Below, in pieces: positions 10,889-18,502 of a stretch of 64,000 bases of DNA; positions within the stretch are counted from its first letter, which is position 1, and each line of letters begins with the position of its first letter. The notes below the pieces were generated by a model. The model was not told the origin of the DNA. It saw only the letters and a program-made list of their open reading frames with translations, and did no database searches. The position numbers were made by a program, and so were the translations under genes. The stretch comes from Gemmatimonadota bacterium (lineage in GTDB: Bacteria; Gemmatimonadota; Gemmatimonadetes; Gemmatimonadales; Gemmatimonadaceae): assembly GCA_040389905.1 (NCBI GenBank), contig JAZJZK010000005.1, positions 64,001 to 128,000 of the forward strand. Direction: 5' to 3'.

Positions 10889-11326
10889 ATGCGACTGCGC
10901 TTCGTTCCACTCGCCCTGTTGCTCGGCTGCGCGGCCATCGGTAAGGGCTCGAGTGCGCCGGCGACCTTCGTCCGGTCCACCGCCGAATCACAGGTCACGC
11001 GAGTCATCGACGTGCGGGATGGCCTCACGCACACGCAGGCCATGCGAGTGCTCGCTGACGCGCTCGGCGTGCGGTACACCGTGGAAGTCACCGATAGCCG
11101 CGCGGGGTTCGTGATGACGACGTGGCAGGCCAGCCTGGTGCGCGACGGCGTTCCTGATCTGCGCTATCGCACGCGCCTGACCGCTCGATTCGTCGACGAC
11201 TGGCGCAAGTTACAGCTCAAGCACGAAGCCAATTGGCGCCGCGGCGAGGAATGGGACGTCGGCTATGACGCCGCGCAACTCGACAGCGCCGCCGCAGATC
11301 TCAAGGCAAAGCTGGGCAAACGGTAG
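10889..11326 (+). CDS. Hypothetical lipoprotein
   Basis: Lipobox-like LLGC after a hydrophobic stretch; co-directional with the peptidase. Confidence 0.75.
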   Translation: MRLRFVPLALLLGCAAIGKGSSAPATFVRSTAESQVTRVIDVRDGLTHTQAMRVLADALGVRYTVEVTDSRAGFVMTTWQASLVRDGVPDLRYRTRLTARFVDDWRKLQLKHEANWRRGEEWDVGYDAAQLDSAAADLKAKLGKR

Positions 11327-11329
11327 CAC

Positions 11330-11372
11330 TGTCACCCCGAGCGAGCGAAGCGAGTCGAGAGGGTCTGCACCT
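11330..11372. repeat. REP-like palindrome (TGTC-headed family)
   Basis: TGTCACCCCGAGCGAGCGAAGCGAGTCGAGAGGGTCTGCACCT between convergent genes. Confidence 0.7.
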
Positions 11373-11385
11373 CTGCGGTTCTGAT

Positions 11386-13194
11386 CTAACGCAATCCCGT
11401 GATCTGCCACACGCGATTCTTTCGCGCGACGGCTGCATGCTGCTGCGGAAGGTTCACCGTTTGAGACGGATTCGTTCCCTTGCCGGTGATCTGCAATGCG
11501 AGCGAGAACTCGACGTCAGCAGAATCGCGGAGAATGCGCATCGCGCCGTACCGGACCTTCGCCTCGATGCGAGCGGCCCCCGCGAAGTTGCGCTCCCAGC
11601 TTTCCTGCTGCTTCGAGGTCATGCTGGGAAGTGCTGCGCGCAAAACAGCAATGTCTCCGCTCTCGATCGCGCGGGCATAGCGCGCAATCGCGCTACGCAC
11701 CGCACCGGTATCCGCGAACGCGATGCGCGCGATGCTGTCACTCACGCGCTTCTCGGCGCGCTGCGTTGCGAGTCGCGCGCTGTCCACCATCGGGATCGGG
11801 GCGATGCCGCTTGCGCCACCGTCGGTGTCGAGCGGTGCGCCTCCGGATCGAGCTTCGGCGACTGAGGCAGCGAGCACGCTGTCTTTCCGCGTACTTGCCG
11901 TCCGCTCCGAGTCGACGGCGTTCGGTGACTGGATCATCATGAATCCAGCAATGACCGCCGCCACACCCGCAATGCCGAGCACGAAAGGCGTCCGGCGAAC
12001 AGGTGTGGCCGGTGGGACGGCCGTCACCTCCGTTGTCGCTCCGGTCGCCTGGAGGAAGGCCACGGTTGGCGCGCTGCGCGGCGTCGGTCGCGCGAGCTTT
12101 ACTCCTTGTGTCGCCACGGGCATTCGCCGAACGTGCGTACCCGCCAACGCATCTCGCAACTCCGCCGCCGAGCCGTACCGATCGCCAGGCGTCCGCGCGA
12201 GAAGTTTCTCCACGATACCCGCGAGCGTGTCCGGAAGGCTCGAGTCGAGACCGTGGACGTGCGGTGCATCCTCGGACAACCGTCGCGTGATCATGAGCTC
12301 GCGCGTCGGTGCATCGAAGGGCGGGGACGCCGTGAGCATCATGTGAAAAATGCAACCGAGCGCGTACAGGTCGCTCCGTGCATCCACGGGATCGCCGAGC
12401 AGTTGCTCGGGGCTCATGAATTCCGGCGTGCCGATGACCTGGCCGGTTCGCGTGAGCGCGTCGTGCGCTGGTTCCTGCATCGCCTTGGCGATACCGAAGT
12501 CAACGACCTTCGCCACCTCACGTCCACTCGGCGTCCGGGTGAGCAGGATGTTGTCCGGCTTGAGGTCGCGATGCACGATTCCGAGCTCATGGGCCGCTCC
12601 CAACCCATCGGCGATCTGACGTGTGAGCTCAACGGCGCGTTCAATCGCGAGCGGTGCTTCTCTCGCGAGGATTCGCGTCAGCGGTTCTCCCTCGACGTAC
12701 TCCATCACGAGGTACACCACGCCGTCGCTCTCGCCATAGTCGAACACCGCGGCGACGTTCGGGTGGATGATCCGCGCCGCGTTCGACGCCTCGCGCGCAA
12801 AGCGTGCGGCGGACTCGCCGTCATTGATCAGGGCAGGGCTCATCACCTTGATCGCACACTGGCGATTCATCTTCACGTGCTCGCCCAGATACACCCGGCC
12901 CATCCCGCCTTCGCCGATGCGCTTGAGGATGTGGTAGCGATCGGCGAGCACACGATCGATCAGCGTGTCCGACCCTTTCGGTCTGAGCGCCGTTCCGTCG
13001 TTCGGGCAGAAACGGGCCGCCGTCTGGTATTCGGCGCCGCAATGGGGACACATCTTGAGAACGACGACTGCGTGGTCGTCGGCGGGCGTCGGCTGTTGGG
13101 CGAGCAGGCCCGAGCCAAGCCCACTCTCGCGGAGCGCACTGTCCTCGTCAGGAGGGGTGACAGCGGGGGGATCGTCTGGCCGGTCGGCGGACAT
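11386..13194 (-). CDS. Ser/Thr protein kinase with N-terminal zinc ribbon, TM helix and NTF2-like extracellular tail
   Basis: CPHC...CPND, GEGGMGRV, HRDLKPDN, DFG and GTPEFMSPE. Start could alternatively be 13215. Confidence 0.92.
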   Translation of the reverse strand: MSADRPDDPPAVTPPDEDSALRESGLGSGLLAQQPTPADDHAVVVLKMCPHCGAEYQTAARFCPNDGTALRPKGSDTLIDRVLADRYHILKRIGEGGMGRVYLGEHVKMNRQCAIKVMSPALINDGESAARFAREASNAARIIHPNVAAVFDYGESDGVVYLVMEYVEGEPLTRILAREAPLAIERAVELTRQIADGLGAAHELGIVHRDLKPDNILLTRTPSGREVAKVVDFGIAKAMQEPAHDALTRTGQVIGTPEFMSPEQLLGDPVDARSDLYALGCIFHMMLTASPPFDAPTRELMITRRLSEDAPHVHGLDSSLPDTLAGIVEKLLARTPGDRYGSAAELRDALAGTHVRRMPVATQGVKLARPTPRSAPTVAFLQATGATTEVTAVPPATPVRRTPFVLGIAGVAAVIAGFMMIQSPNAVDSERTASTRKDSVLAASVAEARSGGAPLDTDGGASGIAPIPMVDSARLATQRAEKRVSDSIARIAFADTGAVRSAIARYARAIESGDIAVLRAALPSMTSKQQESWERNFAGAARIEAKVRYGAMRILRDSADVEFSLALQITGKGTNPSQTVNLPQQHAAVARKNRVWQITGLR

Positions 13195-13400
13195 CGGTCT
13201 AGAGTACGCGTTCAACCCCGTCCATGGTAAGCCCGGGTGACGATTTCTGCGGTTGATTGGGGCGGGAGGGCGTTCGCGAACTGCGTTGCTCGTGGGGATA
13301 ACGGATTGTACGGAGCTCGGCGGATCGACAGGGATCGCTCCCGTGCGAATTCAAGAACTTGGGCGCCCCGAGCTCGCTTCTGTAAAGCAACTCCGTGCCA

Positions 13401-13500
13401 TTCCGTCGCATCCGTTCAATCCGCTCCTCAAGCACTTGATGACTTTTAGGAACGGACTTGACGGATGCAACGGTCACTGCCGGATTTGAAAAGGCTTTGA
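13401..13500. repeat. ~100-bp palindromic element, copy A
   Basis: TTCCGTCGCATCCGTTCAATCCG...GGAACGGACTTGACGGATGC...GCCGGATTTGAAAA; direct repeat of 14227-14326. Confidence 0.85.
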
Positions 13501-13583
13501 TGTTTCCGTAGAATCCGACAAATCGGCTTCATCTCCCACGAACAACGCAGTCCCTGAGCGCGTTTCGATCCGAACAATCGCCG

Positions 13584-14018
13584 TCACGGATCCCGCCGAT
13601 CCTGTCGCAGATCCCGACGATCTTGCCGCAAGTCGCGGCGGTCACCATGTGCGTCGGCGCCGTCCTGGCGCACCTCGCGCCGATCGCCACGCAGCTCGTG
13701 TGTGTCGCCGTTGAGCTCGTGCGTGTCGCGACGCATTTCCTTTCGTGCGGCGATCACCTTGGCGCTGTCGCCGGCACTCTTCGCCGAGTGGAGAACACGG
13801 GCGTCGTGGCGGATCTCGTGACGGTCTCCGAGGACGTCGCGCCGGTCGCCGCGCACTTCCCTGACGTCGCCGGTGATTTCGCGCCGGTCGCCGCGCAATT
13901 CCCGCTGGTCGGCGCGGACCTCTCGGCGATCCTGCCGTAGTTCGTGTGACTGCGCGGCGAGCGTCGAAGTGGCGCCGAGGGCGAGCGCAGATCCGAGCAA
14001 GAGCGATTTGATGAACAT
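13584..14018 (-). CDS. Secreted heptad-repeat protein ((D/E)(L/V/I)RxDRR)
   Basis: GGAGA RBS, signal peptide MFIKSLLLGSALALGATSTLAAQ, then charged 7-aa repeats. Confidence 0.85.
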   Translation of the reverse strand: MFIKSLLLGSALALGATSTLAAQSHELRQDRREVRADQRELRGDRREITGDVREVRGDRRDVLGDRHEIRHDARVLHSAKSAGDSAKVIAARKEMRRDTHELNGDTHELRGDRREVRQDGADAHGDRRDLRQDRRDLRQDRRDP

Positions 14019-14226
14019 GTTGGTCTCTCCTGTGCGAGTTTCTTTGTCGAGTTGCTGGACTCCGACGCGGGGCCCTCGCGCCGTCACAGTGGAGACGATA
14101 CTGAGCGATGATTGTTAAGTCGTTGCGGGCACAGCAGATGCGTTGTGATCTACGTCACGGATTGTGCTGATGAAAGGCGGAGCGAAACTGCGTTACCCGC
14201 AGTTTTTGAAAAGGAAATCCGGTTGT

Positions 14227-14326
14227 TTCCGTCGCATCCGTTCAATCCGTTCCTCGAGCTATCGGAGCTTACTTTTCGGAACGGATTCAACGGATGCACC
14301 TGAAACAGCCGGATTAGAAAACCTTG
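14227..14326. repeat. ~100-bp palindromic element, copy B
   Basis: TTCCGTCGCATCCGTTCAATCCGTTCC...GGAACGGATTCAACGGATGC...GCCGGATTAGAAAA. Confidence 0.85.
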
Positions 14327-14400
14327 AAGGTTCAGTTCAAAAGAGTGGGCTCCGAACAACACTTTCAAACGCAGTGCAAGGACGCAGGATCCGGTAATTC

Positions 14401-15309
14401 CTAGATGGTGCCTGCGCGTCGAACGGCGATATCCCGAGAAATCGTCAAACGCAGCGGACTCCCCTCTGGGAGGCACGCATCCGAACTCTGGCCGCGCTTC
14501 GCTGCCACAGTACCCGCCGCCGCGCCTGCCGCCGCGCCGATCACGGTCGCCTTGGTGCTCTTGCCCAGGATTCGGCCCAGCAGCGCGCCCGCGACGGCGC
14601 CACCGATCACCTTGTTGCGGTCGTTCCCTGACGACGTCTGCACCCCTTCCAGCCGCCCGAGATTCGCGACGTCGCCGGACACGGGCTGTGCTTCGCCATT
14701 CACGTCGATCGACCGCACGCGAAACACAATCTGACTCTGTTCGATCGGATCGGCCTTGTCGATCGACGCGACCTCGAGCACGACGGTGGCGCCGGCTGGT
14801 ATCGAAGCGCCGTTCGAGCCTGTCGTACCGCTCGTGACCGTGGCGCTGAATTTATCGCCGGGCAGCAGGTTCGCCGTGCACACCTTTGTGTTCGTCGACA
14901 TTCCGACGCGTGAGCCCGCGCCGATGATTCCCGGCGCAGGAGCGGCGGGCGCCGGCGCGGGGGTTGGCTCCGGTGTCACCGCCACAGGTTGCGGCGGCGA
15001 CGGGTCAGGCGACCGCCTCACCGGCGCGGGCGGCGACTCTCGGCGCGGGCTCGGCCGCGGCGTGGGCGCTTTGGCGCGGGGCGGCTCGGGTTTCGGTGTC
15101 GGCGCCGCGTTGGTGCGACTAGCCGGCGCAGGCGCACCCAGTGGTGCGTCGTTGAAGACCGTAGGAGTCACGGCGTTCCGTTGCGCCATCGCGAGATCCT
15201 GCGCAAGCGAAGAGTCCGTGGGCGCGGGCGCCTTGTCTCGGCACGCGCTTGCCAGCGCGATGAGGGCAAGTCCGACGACGGCGCGAGAGTGAGATCTGAT
15301 GCGGTCCAT
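14401..15309 (-). CDS. Lipoprotein with Pro-rich linker and C-terminal glycine zipper
   Basis: ATG 15309, lipobox ASAC, Pro/Ala-rich linker, GGAVAGALLG...GAAAGAAAG. Confidence 0.8.
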   Translation of the reverse strand: MDRIRSHSRAVVGLALIALASACRDKAPAPTDSSLAQDLAMAQRNAVTPTVFNDAPLGAPAPASRTNAAPTPKPEPPRAKAPTPRPSPRRESPPAPVRRSPDPSPPQPVAVTPEPTPAPAPAAPAPGIIGAGSRVGMSTNTKVCTANLLPGDKFSATVTSGTTGSNGASIPAGATVVLEVASIDKADPIEQSQIVFRVRSIDVNGEAQPVSGDVANLGRLEGVQTSSGNDRNKVIGGAVAGALLGRILGKSTKATVIGAAAGAAAGTVAAKRGQSSDACLPEGSPLRLTISRDIAVRRAGTI

Positions 15310-15386
15310 GGCAGTAATCCCGAGCGAGCAAGTGTGAGACCGATGACTCGTCCCACCATTGTATACACATCTCCAACCGAGAAGTT

Positions 15387-16064
15387 CTAGGCCATTGCTC
15401 GCAGCGCCGCGGGGAACAGGTCGGTCTGCGGCAGCGACGGTTCGAGGCGGTGTCTCACGCGCGCGGCAATCTGTTCGATGCCGAGCGGATCGGCTACGAG
15501 GTCGTAGTCGCGCACGTCGAGGCTGAGAACCGGACATCCCCGAAACGACGTGATCCACCGCTCGTAGCGCGCGTGGAGGGCGACCCAATAGTTCTCGGCC
15601 GTGTCCTTTTCCTTCGGGCGTCCGCGCGTGCGAATTCGCTCGACGATCGTTGGGAGCGGCGCATGCAGATACACCATCAGCTTGGGTGGACGGGCGGCCG
15701 GTGAGTGCAAGAGCTCCACGTACAGGCGGCGATAGAGTTGCCATTCGAGTGCGGACATGAGCCCCTCCTCGAAGTGGCCACGGGCGAAGATCTCGGCGTC
15801 CTCGTACCACGTGCGGTCGAGAATCCAGCTGCCACCGGCCCCGCGCATGCGACGCATGCTTTCGAATCGAGTGGCCAGGAAGTGGAGCTGGAGCTGCAGT
15901 GCGTGCGCGCGCATCGCCTCGTCACTGCCCGCGTAGAACTTCTCGAGCCATGGGTTTTCGTCGTCCACGCTTTCGAGCGCGTGTTGAAGCCCGAAACGAG
16001 CCGCGAGGGCCCGCGTCAACGTGCTCTTTCCAGAACCCACCATTCCCGCGATGCCGATCAGCAT
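15387..16064 (-). CDS. Deoxynucleoside kinase (dAK/dGK family)
   Basis: GMVGSGKST P-loop, NPWLEKFY, LQLHFL, DRTWYED and RIRTRGR. Confidence 0.92.
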   Translation of the reverse strand: MLIGIAGMVGSGKSTLTRALAARFGLQHALESVDDENPWLEKFYAGSDEAMRAHALQLQLHFLATRFESMRRMRGAGGSWILDRTWYEDAEIFARGHFEEGLMSALEWQLYRRLYVELLHSPAARPPKLMVYLHAPLPTIVERIRTRGRPKEKDTAENYWVALHARYERWITSFRGCPVLSLDVRDYDLVADPLGIEQIAARVRHRLEPSLPQTDLFPAALRAMA

Positions 16065-16173
16065 CGGGAAAAACTAGCGGCGCGTTCCCAAAATAGTCAT
16101 AGCAGGCGCTGTTTTCGGTGACTCGGCAATAGCACGTGACGTAGAGGTCGCAGAGAACGCAAAGGAACAACAA

Positions 16174-16272
16174 AACAACACGAATGAACCACAGAGGACA
16201 CGGAGGACACGGAGCACAACGTGCGTGTTTCTCTGTGACCTCTGTGTCCTCTGTGGTTCATTTGTTGTTGTT
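16174..16272. repeat. Inverted repeat element, ACCACAGAGGACACGGAG 9-mer family
   Basis: AATGAACCACAGAGGACACGGAGG...CCTCTGTGTCCTCTGTGGTTCATT; degenerate relatives at 16141-16165 and 49625-49662. Confidence 0.8.
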
Positions 16273-16286
16273 CCCCAGTCGTCCGT

Positions 16287-16742
16287 TCAACCGATCGTCA
16301 GGAGATCCGTTGCGGGATTGTACGCCGTCGTGTACGTCGGCAGGTTGATCGCCGACCCACCGCCGTCGGGCTGCCGGGTTACGTGGCCATTGTTGTCGTA
16401 CCGCGAACCGTGACAGGGACAGTTGAAGATGCTGCCCTGGATGTCCACCTCGCAGCCCTGGTGCGTGCAGACCGTCGAGATCGCGGCAAACGTCGGGGGC
16501 GTCTGGGCGGTTCGCTTGAGCGCGATCAGCCCGACCGACGTTGGGAGCTTCACGAGTTGCCCAACCGTCGCGAGCGCGGGAAACAAACCCACTTTGATTT
16601 CCAGCGTGTTCGTCGTCGTGGAGAGCGCTGCCGGGCCGAACTGCCCGTCACCGCATCCCGCCGCGAGCGCCGCCGCACCAGCGACGGCGAATCCGCCCTT
16701 TGCCAGAAACTCACGACGGCTCAGACAATCATCACAAGGCAT
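16287..16742 (-). CDS. Tat lipoprotein with Rieske [2Fe-2S] domain
   Basis: ATG 16742: MPCDDCLSRREFL, lipobox AAGC, CTHQGC...CPCHGS. Confidence 0.9.
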   Translation of the reverse strand: MPCDDCLSRREFLAKGGFAVAGAAALAAGCGDGQFGPAALSTTTNTLEIKVGLFPALATVGQLVKLPTSVGLIALKRTAQTPPTFAAISTVCTHQGCEVDIQGSIFNCPCHGSRYDNNGHVTRQPDGGGSAINLPTYTTAYNPATDLLTIG

Positions 16743-16770
16743 GATTTCGCAGGTAGGTGGTGACGAACGA

Positions 16771-17298
16771 TCAGGGGAGCGTGACGACGGCCTTCGACCA
16801 GCCCGCTTTGTCCAGGTCTTCCTGGAACAGCTTGTCGATGTCGACGACGACCGACGTGCCCGCAAGCCGAATGGCAAGCCGATCCATGCCGCGCGTCGCT
16901 CGTCCCTCGATGAAGGTGCCGTCGGGCTGATAACGCGATTTGTGTTTCGGGCACTGGAAGCGCTTGTTGTCGTCTTCCCATCTGAGCGCCGTGTTCTGGT
17001 GCGGACACGACAGCGCAAACGCGTACACCTGCTTGCCCACCCGCGAGAGAATGACCTCCGAGGCCTTGTCGATCTGCACGCCGTCGGCCGCCGGAATCGC
17101 GTAGCTCTTTTCCTCCGCGGTCGACGACAGCGCGGAAATCCAGCGCAGTGGCATGGCATCCGCGCCGCCCGGAGCCAGTCCAATGGCCGCCAACGCCGCG
17201 GCGCTCGCGCGCAACGCGTCGACGAGGAAATCGCGACGTCCCGTTACAGCACATCCTGTGCAGGCATCTTCGTGCAACTGCTCTATCGAATCACTCAT
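16771..17298 (-). CDS. Tat-signal Rieske [2Fe-2S] protein
   Basis: GGAGA RBS, GRRDFL twin-arginine motif, CPHQ...CPKH. Confidence 0.9.
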   Translation of the reverse strand: MSDSIEQLHEDACTGCAVTGRRDFLVDALRASAAALAAIGLAPGGADAMPLRWISALSSTAEEKSYAIPAADGVQIDKASEVILSRVGKQVYAFALSCPHQNTALRWEDDNKRFQCPKHKSRYQPDGTFIEGRATRGMDRLAIRLAGTSVVVDIDKLFQEDLDKAGWSKAVVTLP

Positions 17299-17311
17299 GC
17301 TCAAATCTCCG

Positions 17312-17830
17312 TCAGGCAAATTCCTTGAGGACCACACCGGCTAGTGCGGTGGCCATCCACAATACCATGCTGACCACCGCAAGGGTCCGCAGACGGCCCC
17401 ACAACGCCTCGCTCGGTGATACCGCAAGCGCTTTTTCGGTGCGCGTCATCACAAAACCATTGATCAAGAGCAACGCCACACAGCTCAACTTGATCCAGAA
17501 GTAGATGGAACCAATGAACGTCTCGACATCGCCGAAGAAGAGCAGCAGGCCGCTGATGACGGAGATCGCGAGGCCCGCAATCACCATGCGATGCGCGGCG
17601 GCGAGTACGCGGAGTTGCTGCACGCGCTCGGACGCTCCCAGTCGTGAAGCACGCAACGTCAGCTGGTCGGTCACGAATGCGGTCCCGGCGCCGAAAATCA
17701 GGGGCGCAAGGTGAAGAAACAGAACTCCGGCCGATACTGACTTGGAGTCCGAATAGAGTTTCGACCACGGCTTCGCCAGGCTCACGAGCGTTTCCGTCAA
17801 TCCCGTTGCGACGTCAGTCACTATCATCAT
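17312..17830 (-). CDS. Four-TM membrane protein (DUF2214/DUF6644-like, tentative)
   Basis: Four hydrophobic helices; LFLHL, GLAISVISGLLLF and FWIKL. Confidence 0.75.
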   Translation of the reverse strand: MMIVTDVATGLTETLVSLAKPWSKLYSDSKSVSAGVLFLHLAPLIFGAGTAFVTDQLTLRASRLGASERVQQLRVLAAAHRMVIAGLAISVISGLLLFFGDVETFIGSIYFWIKLSCVALLLINGFVMTRTEKALAVSPSEALWGRLRTLAVVSMVLWMATALAGVVLKEFA

Positions 17831-17834
17831 TGTG

Positions 17835-18425
17835 CTAGTCCTCTGGCCAGAATCGGATCACGGTCACTCCGGCCACCGTTGCGGCCATGGACCCGTACGC
17901 CCACTTTCGATGCTCGCCGCGTTTGTCGGCACTGTTCTCCGCTTCGTCGGCGAGTTTGGATCCCGCGTACGTGAACCCCGCATCGGAACTGAGCATGAGG
18001 AGCGCATGAATGGTGCGACGGGTACCGCCGGGTGCATGTCGGGAATCCCACAGATTCCACAGGCCGGTGATGGAGTTCGACGTGAACAGACCGGCGAGCG
18101 CCGTCGCGCCGTAGCGCATGGAATTCTTCGCCCACGCCGGCCCATTCTTGGGGTCGTCGTACAGTTGCTCACCCGCGATGCTCTGGAGGACGAACAGGGG
18201 CGCGATCGCATACGCACCATAGCGGTGAATGCGAAGTCGTTGCTCATACCACTCACTGACCTCGATCGCCTTTCGGCGCCGGCGGACCGTGTCCTGCGAC
18301 GAGTGCACCGCCGCGATCAGTGTCGTCATGACCGGGCCGGCGACACTATCGCGTGGAACGATTCGCGCCGTGTCGGGCGGACTGGCGAGCAGATTCAAGA
18401 GCGCGAGCACAGCGGAAGCATTCAT
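17835..18425 (-). CDS. Hypothetical membrane protein with His at helix starts
   Basis: ATG 18425; RIHRY, TIHAL and GEHRK each precede a hydrophobic segment; 4 bp from the next gene. Confidence 0.75.
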   Translation of the reverse strand: MNASAVLALLNLLASPPDTARIVPRDSVAGPVMTTLIAAVHSSQDTVRRRRKAIEVSEWYEQRLRIHRYGAYAIAPLFVLQSIAGEQLYDDPKNGPAWAKNSMRYGATALAGLFTSNSITGLWNLWDSRHAPGGTRRTIHALLMLSSDAGFTYAGSKLADEAENSADKRGEHRKWAYGSMAATVAGVTVIRFWPED

Positions 18426-18502
18426 GGGCGGTTCGTTCTCACTGAGGGTCGTACAACCGAGCTCATGCCGCGCGCGCCAGCACCGGTGCGCCCAAGAATG
18501 AC

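Noticed and set aside
13401..14326. Integron cassette interpretation
   Set aside because: No attC core-site ends and no integrase in the window; kept only as cassette-like.
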